Shown here piece after piece: positions 1-10,700 of a stretch of 37,239 nucleotides of DNA. This DNA is from Chiloscyllium plagiosum (lineage: Eukaryota). Within the stretch, counting starts at the first letter, position 1, and each line of letters opens with the position of its first letter. The stretch is from NCBI RefSeq assembly GCF_004010195.1, contig NW_025215186.1, positions 1 through 37,239 on the forward strand, in the 5' to 3' direction. The translations under genes were made by a program, and so were the position numbers. The notes under the pieces were generated by a model, which saw nothing but the letters and a program-made list of their open reading frames with translations, did no database searches and was not told the origin of the DNA.

Positions 1-59
1 TGATTTTCCATGGACAGGTGAATGAGAGATAATTGTGAAATGAGAGAAAAGTGCAGCTG

Positions 60-158
60 GGAACACAATGAGATGAGCCATGACCTTATTGACTGATGGA
101 ATAGTGTCAAAGGGCCGAATGGCCCAGTCGTGTCCATCAGTCCTATGTTCTGATGTTC
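60..158 (+). mobile_element. 3' tail of a CR1-type LINE, degraded
   Basis: AGCCATGACCTTATTGACTG...AGGGCCGAATGGCC...TCCTATGTTCTGATGTTC resembles the CR1-type 3' terminus; the same tail is seen reversed at 472-555. Confidence 0.65.
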
Positions 159-471
159 CATTCAGCCCTTCGGTCCTGCTGTACAGGAGCAGATTCAGGC
201 CACTCCGATGGTTTGGTGTAGTTTGGGAAATGTACTTGGAAAATCCAGGCTGGGTTAGGCAGTGACCCCCCTCCCTCAATCCCTCTTTTCAGGCTTCCCC
301 TCTCTGTAACTTCTGCAACAGATGTGGGTCATGTTACAGACCCAAATTCGCAGTGAATACAGCCCCTATACCCCACACAAGGTCAACTCAGGCAAATCCT
401 CTGCTCTCCCTGAATGCATCTTTTTACATCATGACTTCCAGGAAAATAACCAGTTATTTTCCAAAAGCATA

Positions 472-1680
472 AATAAGAATGTCAGAAATAAGAATAGAAG
501 CAGGCTATTCGGCCCCTCAAACCTGCGCTGTCATTCAATAAGAACATGGCTGATCTACTCCACGGCTCAACTCCACTTTCCTGCTAACCGCTTGCACCCC
601 TCAACTCGCTGAAATGTCACAACCTAATCCACCCCGTCTGTAAATACAATCAGTGACCCAGGCTCCACAATTCTCGGGGTTAGGAAATTCCAACCATTCA
701 CTACCCTCTGAAAGAAGACATTTCTTTACATCTCAGTTTGAAATCGATATTCCTTATTCTGTATCTACATCCCTGAGTTCGAGACTCTGCCCTGGTGTGG
801 AACCACATTCTCAAAACCGACCTTATCAAGCTCCCTCTGTATCTCGTCCTTTTCAGTAATGTCGCCCTCATTCATTTAAACCACAATGAATAATCGCCTC
901 AGCATTTTTGAAATATTCAATAATTCAACCCTTTCATCCCAGGGACCAGTCTAATGAACCAACATTTCTGCATCAGCATGCCGACGTTATGTTTCATACA
1001 CAGAAACATGCCACTCCATTGTACTGCTCCTTTTTTTGGGAGTCCTCTCCATTTAATAACAGCCTGCCTTTTGGTTGTCAGTGTCATCCTCAAACTCGGA
1101 TGTATATTGCTCCCACCGTCAGGAGCTAAATGCAGCTCTTGTAAGCAGCTCTTGCCATAGGACTGATATATGTGGTACTCCAGTAGAAACACTTTTTTTT
1201 CATAAAGATCGATGAATCCTAACTATGTGATTACCAATTGTCATCCGATGCTAATGCATTATCCGTCAGAATATGAGCTTCTGTCTTGTGTAAGAACCTT
1301 TATTTTGTGATACCTTGTGGATAAACTCTGGAAAGCCTCATGTCTACCAGTCCCCCTTTATCAAGACTGCTTGTTACATTCTCATGGACCTCCAGAAACA
1401 TTTTGTCTGATTGTACAGACAAACTTAGTTCGCCTTTAACAAGACCATGCTGACTCTGTGTGAAGCTTTTTTAAATTCCCTGCAGTTCCTTCGTTAATAA
1501 CAGACTCTCACAGGTTATCAGTCAGGGTCAGTGGTTCCTGCTTTCAATCTCGCTCGTTTCTTGAAGACAGGCGCCATATTGGATGGTCTCCAGTTTCACT
1601 GGATCACTCCTTTAATCCAGATACTTATGGAATATTTCACACAGAGCCACCCTCTGTGGCCACTTCTTTTAAAACCAGCT
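472..1680 (-). mobile_element. Degraded CR1-type LINE, 3' UTR plus RT fragments
   Basis: Reverse 3' tail (AGGCTATTCGGCCCCTCAAACCTG...CATGGCTGATC), CACTACCCTCTGAAAGAAG segment, and reverse SQHG-like motif (ACCATGCTGACT at ~1444). No intact frame. Confidence 0.6.
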
Positions 1681-1696
1681 ATGAATTGCTGATGCT

Positions 1697-2028
1697 GCTG
1701 AAAATGTGTTGCTGGAAAAGCGCAGCAGGTCAGGCAGCATCCAGGGAGCAGGAGAATCGACGTTTCGGGCATAAGCCCTTCTTCAGGAATGAGGAAAGTT
1801 TGTCCAGCAGGCTAAGATAAAAGGTAGGGAGGAGGGACTTGGGGGAGGGGCGTCGGATATGTGATAGGTGCTACAAACAAACCATTATCTCCCAGACCGT
1901 CCATAACCTCATCACCTCGGGGGATCTCCCATCCACCACCTCCAACCTCATAGTCCCACAACCCCGCACTGCCCGTTTCTACCTCCTGCCCAAAATCCAC
2001 AAACCTGACTGCCCCGGCCGACCCCATT
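1697..2028 (+). mobile_element. Penelope-like element fragment, family A: inverted pLTR (1697-1870) joined to an RT fragment (1874-2028)
   Basis: Translation QTIISQTVHNLITSGDLPSTTSNLIVPQPRTARFYLLPKIHKPDCPGRP matches the PLE RT motif FY.LPK.HK...PGRP also present at 31570-31625. 1697-1784 is the reverse complement of 20837-20924 with 1 mismatch. Confidence 0.85.
1755..1790 (-). ncRNA. Minimal hammerhead ribozyme motif (PLE family A pLTR)
   Basis: Minus strand reads ATTC-CTGAAGA-A-GGGC-TTAT-GCCC-GAAA-CGTC-GATT: CUGANGA and GAAA cores, 4-bp stem II, palindromic ACGT stem III, GUC site. Stem I is weak. Confidence 0.7.
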
Positions 2029-2224
2029 ATAGAAAATGTGAAAGTGAACTGTTGTATATTTCCCATGGACTAATCGAGCAACAGTCAGATATTGTCAGTG
2101 AAGCAGGATTCTGTGAACAGGACTATCTCCCAGGCAACATCACCACCCTCTCTGATAGGTTCTGTCCCACTGACAGGACACAGCCAGGCAGAGGGGGACA
2201 GCTCCTTGGTATATAGTCAATATA

Positions 2225-2513
2225 GGGTGTCATGGTGACTCAGTGGTTAGCACTGCTGCCTCACAGCACCAGGGTCCCAGGTTTGATTCCAGCCTCGGGC
2301 AACTGTGTGGAGTTTGCACATTCTCCCTGTGTCTGTGTGGGTTTCTTTCCGCCGTCCAAAGTTGTGCAGCTCAGGTGAATAGGCTATGGTAAACAGCCCA
2401 TAGTGTTACGTGCATTAGTCAGGGGTGGGGGTGTGTGTTGCTCTTCGGAGGGTCGGTGTTGACTGGTTAGGCCAAAGGGCCTGTTCCCACACGGTAGGGA
2501 ATCGAATCTAATC
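2225..2513 (+). mobile_element. HE1-like V-SINE (tRNA-derived)
   Basis: A box TGACTCAGTGGTTAGCAC, B box GGTTTGATTCC, V-domain TGTGTGGAGTTTGCACATTCTCCC, LINE-like tail GGCCAAAGGGCCTGTT and AATCTAATC end. Confidence 0.9.
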
Positions 2514-2873
2514 GTAGTGCTCAGTATTAATGCTGGATCCTGTGGCTGCTAGACTGCTCTGCAGCAGGTTATGGGGGAATCAATAAAAGGGAAAAATAAT
2601 TGACCACATCGCCACCGATCTGCCTGCTGCAGAAACACCTCTCCATTTCATATATCGGTAATAATGGTCACTGCACAGTCCTTATGGGGAGCAAGGGTTA
2701 TCCCCACGTTTTGCAGACCCTCCTCACGATGATAGGTAGCCCCTTGAGCACTGAATGGAACAGACTTTAAACAGATTGAACAACTAATGGTGATGCATTC
2801 ATGAGGTGCAGAGACCCATCAGCAGCAGCAAAACCATACTCTGTACAACTCATACAGTCTGGAACCTCACAAC

Positions 2874-3110
2874 CCAACATACCTCACACTGTACAGTGAT
2901 GGTCACGCCCGGCATACCTCCCACAGTACAGTAACTGTCACAGTTCGACGTAACTCCCACTGTACAGTAACCATCATGGCCCGACATACCTCCCACTGTA
3001 CAGTAACCATCACGGACCTCCCACTGTACAGTAACCATCACGGCCCGACATACCTCCCACTGTACAGTAACTGTCACAGTTCGATGTAACTTCCACTGTA
3101 CATTGACAAT
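2874..3110 (+). repeat. 36-bp minisatellite, about 6-7 units (CGACATACCTCCCACTGTACAGTAACCATCACGGCC)
   Basis: CCCACTGTACAGTAAC recurs about every 36 bp; two unit variants and one shortened unit. Confidence 0.9.
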
Positions 3111-4532
3111 CAAGACAGGGATCCTCCCTGGGTCAATGATGAGTGCACAAGGACATGCTGGGAGCAGCACCAGCCAGACCGAGATATGAGGGGACAACCT
3201 GGAGAAAATCTTACTTAATAATTACCCCAGAACAATAATGCCTGTTGTCAGTGTGAGTAACTGGAACTCCAGGAGAGCTCTCCAGCCATTCCTCAGGAAA
3301 GACGGTGTCCGAGGGTCAATAATTTCCAGCTGCTGTAATGACTCCCTCTCCATCATAAGGTCAGACAGGGGAATGGTCACTGATTATACCATTCCTGAAA
3401 CAGGCCATGTTCAAATGCAACAAGACCTGGAAAGCATCCAAGTGTAGTCTGCCAAACGGCAAGTAATGTTCACGACACACAAATATTGGACAAATACGAC
3501 AATAAAGAGTCAAACCATCTTGCTTTGACTTTCAATAACATTCCCATCACTGAGTCCTCAACACGATCTTTATCAGCATCCTGGATGTTATCATTGACCA
3601 GAGATAACCCTGGACTAGCCACATAAATAACACGATCTTCAAGAGCAGGTCAGAGGCTACGAATGGTGCAGTGAGTAACTCACCTGCTGATTCCCCAAAG
3701 CCTGTGATGAATTACTTCCTAAGAATACCCCAGGACAAAACTACTCCATTTATTTGCAATCACTTCCATGCCCTTCCACCGCTGATGCTCAGCATAGCAG
3801 TGTTCATCATCTACAGGATTCACTGCAACAAGGCTTATTGGACAGCACCTTCTGAACTCACTGCCATCGAGAAGAACAAAGGCAGCAGTATTTTTTAAAA
3901 GCAGATCTCTTCAAGCTCGCTCCTTCATATGGTCAGATGTAATGAGGTTTGCTCATGATTTTTCAAATTCTCAACTTCTAAGAACACAAAATCAGTCCAA
4001 ATGCAGCAAAACTTGGACAACAGCCAGGCTTGGGCTAACAAGTGACAAGTAACATTCATGTCGCACAAATGTCAGACAATAATCATCATAAACCATCTCA
4101 CCATCGCTATTCAATATTCAAAGATAGTACCACTGCTGAATCCATTGGCACTAACATTCTCAGGTTTGTCCAAGACTATACAACTGCTATAGTTAGAACA
4201 TCAGATCAGAAGTTAGGAACTTCGTAACTAGTAACTTTTCTCCTGTCTCGCCAAAGCCTGCCCAAAATCTCCAAGGTTCAAGTGAGGAATACGATGGAAT
4301 AATCTCGATTTGTTTGAATGAGTGCAGCTCCTATGGTATTCAGGCAGTTTGACATGATTAAAGACTAAGCAACCTACTTGAATGGTCCCCATCCACAATC
4401 ACGGCCTCCCTCCCCAACCAACACACAGCAGCAGGTGTGAATATCATGGCACTCCTTAGACTATATCATCCACACTCATTACCATTGTCATCTGGAAGAA
4501 AAAAAGGGAGCATTTAGGGAACAGTGACCATG

Positions 4533-4756
4533 ATTATTTTTATTAGACTACCTACAATATGGAAACAGACCCTTCTGCCCAACAAGCTCGCACCGACCCT
4601 CCGAAGAGTAACCCAGCCAGACCCATTCCCCAACCCAATATTTACCCTGGTTATCGGCAATTTAACATGGCTAATACAACTAACCTGCATATCTTTGGGC
4701 TGTAGGAGGAAACTTACGTGGACGTGGGGAGAATATGGAAACTCCATAGAGACACA
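4533..4756 (-). mobile_element. HE1-like V-SINE, 3' portion; tRNA head absent, runs into the satellite
   Basis: Reverse tail (CCTACAATATGGAAACAGACCCTTC...CACCGACCCTCCGAAGAG) and reverse V-domain (GGGGAGAATATGGAAACTCCA), complementary to 2225-2513. Confidence 0.85.
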
Positions 4757-7700
4757 GAGAGTGTCAAAGAGCCACCGAAAGTCGCAGAGAGAGTCACAGA
4801 GAGTGTCAAAGAGTCACAGAGTCTCAGAGAGAGTCACTAAGAGTGTCAGAGCGTGCCAGAGAGTGTCAGAGAGTCACAAAGAGTCACAGAAATTGTAAGA
4901 CAGTGTCGGAGAGTAAACTAGTGTGTCAGAGAGTCACAGGGAGTGTCAGAGAGTAACAGGGAGTCACCGAGAGTGTCAAAGAGCCTCCGAGAGCATCAGA
5001 GAATGTCACAGAGAGAGTCGGAGACTCGCAGAGAGTCAGCGAGAGTCACAGATACTGACAGAGTGTCACAGAGAGTGTCGGAGAGTTTCAAAGAGTCACA
5101 GAGAGTGTCAGTCAGTCACAGAGAGTGTCAGACAATCACAGAGCATGTCAAAGAGTCATAGAGAGTCTCAGAGAGGGTCAGAGAGTGCAGGAGAGCCACA
5201 GAGAGAGTCTAAGAGTCAAGGAGTATTAGACAGAGTCACAAAGAGTTACAGAGAATGTCCGAGTATGTCTCCGAGAGTGTCGGCAAGTGTTGGAGAGGCA
5301 CAGATAGTGTCAGAGAGTCAGAGAGAGTGTTGGAGAATCACAGAGAGTGTCAAAGAGTCAGAAAGAGTCAACGAGTGTCAGTGAGGGTCAGAGAGTGTCA
5401 GAGAGAGTCACAGAGTGTGTCGGTGAGTGTCAGACACCCAGCGAGTGCCAGAGATTCATGGATAATGTAAAAGAGTCACAGAGAGTCACAGAGAGTGTCA
5501 GAGAGTCACAGAGAGAGTCTGGGAGTCACAGAGACTGTCTAAGAGTTAAGGAGTGTCAGAGAGAATCACAAAGAGTGTCCGAGACTGTCAGAGAGTGTCT
5601 TGGAGAATGTCAGAGAGTGTCGGAGAGTCACAGTGAGTGTCAGAGAGTCCCAGAGATTTTCAGAGGGTCACAGAGAGTGTCCAAGAGTCAAGGAGTGTAA
5701 GAGAGGGTCACAAAGAGTCACAGAGAGTGTCAGAGACTTTCTCGGAGAGTGTCAAAGAGGCATAGGGAGTCACGGATTGTGTCATACAGAGTCAGAGAGT
5801 TCCAGAGAGTCACAGAGAGTGTCTAAGAGTCAATGAGTGTCAGACAGAGTCACAAAGGGTCACAGAGAGTGTTACAGATTGTTAGAGAGAGTTACAGATA
5901 GTGTCATAGAATGTCCGAGAGTGTCAGAGAGTGTCTCGGAGGGTGTCAGAGAGTGTTAGAGAGTGTCAGAGAGTCACAGTGAGAGTCAGAGAGTCACAGA
6001 GAGCGTCAGAGGTTCTCAGAGAGTGCCCAATTGTCAAGGAGTGTCAGACAGAGTCACAAAGACTCACAGAGAGTGTCAGAGAGTCCCAGACAGTCCCAGC
6101 GAGTCACAGAGAGTGTCTAAGAGTCATGGAGTGTCTGTAGGGTCACAAAGAGTCACAGAGAGTATTTGGAGAGTCACACAGAGTCACAGCCAGTGTCGAA
6201 GAGTCACAGAGAGTCACAGACAGTAACATAGAGTGTCCGAGAGTCACAGAGAGTTTCAAAGTGTCACAGAGTGTCGGAGAGAGTCACAAAGAGTGTCAGA
6301 GTATGCCAGAGAGTGTGAGAGAGTCACAGAGAGTCACAGAGAGAGTGTCTGCACATGCCACAAAGAGACACAGAGTCACAGAGTGCCAAAATCTGTCAGA
6401 GAGTCAGAAGAGTAGCAGAGAGTGTCAAATAGTCACAGAGTGTCAAAGAGTGACAGAGTCTCAGAGAGAGTCACAAAGAGTGTCAGAGTGTGCTAGACAG
6501 TGTCAGAGAGTCACAGCTAGTGTCCAAGGATGTCAGAGAGTGTCCTGGAGTGTGTCGGAGCATGTCGGAGAGGCACAGAAAGTGTCAGAGGGTAACAGAG
6601 AGTGCCTAAGTGTCAAGGCGTGTCAGAGAGTGTCACAAAGAGTCACAGAGAGTGTCCAAGTGTGTCAGAGATGTTCTCGGAGAGTGTCCGAGTGTGTTGG
6701 AGACTCTCAGAAAGTTTCAGCGGATCACGAAGAGTCAGATACAGTCACGAAGAGTCACAGAGAGTGTCAGAGAGTGTCATAGAGGGGGTCGGAGAGTCAC
6801 TGAGAGTCACAGACAGTATCAGAGATTCACAGACTGTGTCACAGACTCGTAGATAGTGTTAGAGAGACACAGAGAGTCACAGCCAGTGTCAGGGAGTCAC
6901 AGAGAGTGTCATACAGTCACAGAGCGTCACAGAGAGAGTCAAAGAGCCAGAGAGTGTCGTTGAGTCACAGAGAGTGTCAGAGGGAGTGTCGGACTGTGTC
7001 GAAGAGTCACAGGGAGTCTCACAGAGTGCCAGACAGTCACAGAGAGTGTTACAGAGTGTCTCCGAGAGAGTGTCTCTGAGAGAGTGTCACAGCGAGTGTC
7101 ACAGAGAGTGTCACAGAGAGTCTCCGAGAGTGTGAGAGAGTCTCAGAGAGTGTCAGAGAATCGGGAAAGTGTCAGCGAGTCACAGAGAATGCCTAAGAGT
7201 AATGGAGTGTCGGATAGAGTCACAAAGTGTCACAGAGAGTGTCACAGAGTGTGTTTGGAGAGCCACGGAGAGTCACAGACAGTGTCTGAGATTCACAGAG
7301 CGTGTCACAGACTCATAGATAGTGTTAGAGAGTCACAGAGAGTTACAGCCAGTCACAGAGAGAGTCAAAGAGTCACAGAGAGTCACATAGAGTGCCTGAG
7401 AGTCACGGAGAGTTTCAAAGTGTCACAGAGTGTCAGACAGAGTCACAAAGAGTGTCAGAGTGTGCCAGAGAATCTGGCAGAGTCGCAGAGAATCACAGAA
7501 AGTGTCAGACAGTGTCAGGAAATGGCTCAGAGGGTGTGGGAGAGTGTCCTAGAGTGTCGGACAGTGTCAGAGAGTCACAGAGAGTGTCAAAGAATAACAG
7601 TCACCGAGTTTGTCAAAGAGAGTGTCAGAGAGTGTCAAAATCTGTCAGAGAGTCAGAAAGCATGCCAGAGAGTGTCCAATAGTCACAGAGTGTCAGAGAG

Positions 7701-10700
7701 TCACAGAGAGTGTCAGAAAGTCTCACAGAGTGTCAAAGAGTCACAGAGCCTCAGAGAGTCACAAAGAGTGTCAGAGTGTGCCAGACCGTGTCAGAGAATC
7801 ACAGAGAGTCACAGCTAGTGTCCGAGGGTGTCAGAGAGTGTCTCGGAGTGTGTTGGAGCATGTCGGAGAGTCGCAGAGAGTGTCAGAGGGTAACAGTGCG
7901 TGCCTAAGTGGCAAGGTGTGTCAGAGAGAGTCACAAAGAGTCACAGAGAGTGTCCAGGTGTGTCAGAGATTTTCTCGGAGAGTGTCCGAGAATGTTGGAG
8001 AGTCTCAGAGAGTCCCAGAAAGTTTCAGCGAGAGTGTTGTTGAGTCACAGCGAGTGTCAGAGGGAGTGTTGGAGAGTATCGAAGAGTCATAGAGAGTCAC
8101 ACAGCATGTCAGACAGTCACAGAGAGTGTCAGAGAATTACAGAGAGGGTCAAAGAGTCATAGAGATACACAGAGTAAACACACAGAGTCAGAGAGTGCCA
8201 GAGAGTCTTAGAGAGTGTCAGAGAGTGTTAGAGACTGTCTCGGGGAGTGTCAAAGAGTTACAGGGAGTCATAGAGTGTTATACAGAATCAGAGAGATCCA
8301 AAGAGTCACAGAGAGTTTCTAAGTGTCAATGATTGTCAGACAGAGTCACAAAGAGTCACAGAGAGTTTTAGAGATTGTCCGAGAGAGTAACAGAGAGTGT
8401 CCGAGAGTGTCCGAGAGTCACAGTGAGTGTCAGAGTCGCAGAGAGTGTCAGAGGGTCACAGAGAATGCCTAAGTGTCAAGGTGTGTCAGAGAGAGTCACA
8501 AACAGTGTCCGAGGGTGTCAGGGAGTTTCTCGGAGTGTGTCCAAGAGTGTCGGAGAGTATCGGAGAGTGTCAGTGAGTCCCAGAAAGTGTCAGCGAATCA
8601 CAGAGAGTAACTAAGAGTCATGGAGGGTCAGATACCATCACGAAGAGTCCCAGAGAGTGGCACAGAGAGGGTCGGAGAGTCACAGACACGATCAGAGATT
8701 CACAGAGAGTGTCACAGACTCATAGATAGTGTTAGAGAGACACGGAGAGTCACAGCCAGTGTCAGAGAGTCACAGAGAGTGTCAGAAAGCCATGAACTGT
8801 GTCGGACAGTCACAGAGAGTCACAGAGAGAGTCAAAGAGCCAGAGAGAGTGTCGTTGAGTCACAGAGAGTGTCAGAGGGAGTGTCGAAGAGTGTGGAAGA
8901 GTCACAGAGAGTCACACGGAGTGTCAGACAGTCACAGAGAGTGTCAGAGAATTACAGAGAGGGTCCTAAAGTCATAGAGATATACAGAGTGACAGACAGA
9001 GTCAGAGAGTGCCAGAGAGTCACAGAGAGTGTCTAAGAGTCAAGGACTGTCAGAGAGAGTCACAAAGAGTCACAGAGAGTGTCCGAGAGTGTCCAGGAGG
9101 GTATCAGAGAGTGACAGAGAGTGACAGAGAGTGTTGGAGAGTCACAGTAAATGTCAGAGAGTCCCAGAAAGTGTCAGCGAGTCACAGAGAGTGCCTAAGT
9201 GTCAAGGAGTGTCAGAGAGAGTCACAAAGAGTCACACAGAGGGTCAGAGAGTGTCTTGGAGAGTGTCTGAGAGTGTCGGAGAGTCCCAGAAAGTGTCAGT
9301 GAGTCACAGAGAGTGCCTAAGAGTCATAGAGTGTCCGATAGAGTTACAAAGAGTCACAGAGAGTGGCAGAGATAGTCTTAGAGTGTCAAAGAGAGTGTTG
9401 GAGAGTCTCAGAGAGTCACAGACAGTGTCAGAGATTCACAGAGAGTGTCACAGACTCATAGATAGTGTTAGAGAATCAAAAAGAGTGACAGCCAGGTTCG
9501 GAGAGTCATAGAGAGTCACAGATAGAGTCAAAGAGTCACAGAAAGTCAGACAGTGTCCGAGAGTCACAGAGACTGTCAGTGAGTCACAGAGAGTGCCAGA
9601 GAGTGTCTGAGAGTCACAGAGTTTGTCAAAGAGTCACAGAGTATCAGAGAGAGTCACAAAGAGTGTCGGAGAGTACCATGGAGAGTCTAGGAGAGTCTCC
9701 TAGAGTGTCGGACAGTGTAAGAGCGTCACGGCGAGTGTCAGAGAGTCACCGAATTTGTCAAAGAGCCACATACACTGTCAGAGAGTAACAGCCAGACTCA
9801 GAGTTGCAGAGTGTCAGACAATGCCAGAGAGGGTCAGCGAATGTCTCAAAGAGACACACAGAGTCATAGAGAGTGTCAGAGAGTTTGAAAGTCTGTCAGA
9901 GAGTCAGAAAGAGTGCCAGCAAGTGTCAAATAGTCACAGAGAGTGTCAGAGAGTCACAGAGTGTGTCAGAGAGTCATACAGAGTGGCAAAGAGTCACAGA
10001 GTCTCAGAGAGAGTCAGAAAGAGTGTCAGAGTGTGCCAGACAGTGTCAGAGAGTAACAGCTAGTGGTGGAGGGTGTCAGAGAGTGTCTCGGAGATTGTTG
10101 GAGCATGCTGGAGAGTCGCAGAGAATGTCAGAGGGTCACAGAGTTCCTCAGTGTCAAAGAGTGTCAGAGAGAGAGTCACAACGTGTCACAGAGAGTGTCC
10201 AAGAGTGCCTCAGAGAGTGTCCGAGTGTGTCTCGGCGAGTCCCAGAGAGTGTCAGAGAGTCCCAGAAAGTGTTAGCGAGTCACAGAGAGTGCCTAAGAAT
10301 CATGGAGTATCAGATAGTGTCACGAAGAGTCACAGAGAGTGTCAGAGAGAATCTGAGAGTGTCACAGAGAGTGAGTGAGTCACAGACTGTATCAGAGATT
10401 CACAGAGAATGTCACAGATTCATGGATAGTGTTAGAGAGTCACAGAGAGTGACAGCCAGTGTCAGAGAGTCACAGACAGTGTCAGAGAGTCATGAAGAGT
10501 GTCGGAGAGTCACAGAGAAAGTTCAAAGAGCCACACAGAGTTTCGGAGGGTTTGTCGGAGAGTGAATCACAGAGAGTCATAGAAAGGGTCAGAGAGTTTC
10601 AGATTGTCACAGAGGGTGTCAGAGAGAGTCACAGAGACTGATAGTGCGAGTCATAAAGTGTCAGAGAGAGTCACAAATTGTGTCAGAGACTCACAGATAA

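Larger units (their letters stand above)
2030..4530 (+). mobile_element. Old, fragmented LINE ORF2 remnants (APE endonuclease and RT; CR1/L2/Jockey group), interrupted by a SINE and a minisatellite; RT 3' part present twice
   Basis: LIEQQSDIV...DRTQPGRGG (APE-like) at 2068-2215; decayed PQG...GPTIFS..NDLPSIIRS..GMFADD-type region at ~3290-3395; related 3' RT segments at ~3410-3890 and ~3995-4530 (ATGCAACAAGACCTGGA / ATGCAGCAAAACTTGGA). Confidence 0.55.

Noticed and set aside
2225..2295. tRNA gene (also at 37175-37239)
   Set aside because: It is the tRNA-derived head of a V-SINE, followed by SINE body at 2225-2513.
2874..3110. CRISPR-like array of 36-bp repeats
   Set aside because: Units are head-to-tail with no unique spacers, there are no cas genes, and the context is vertebrate.
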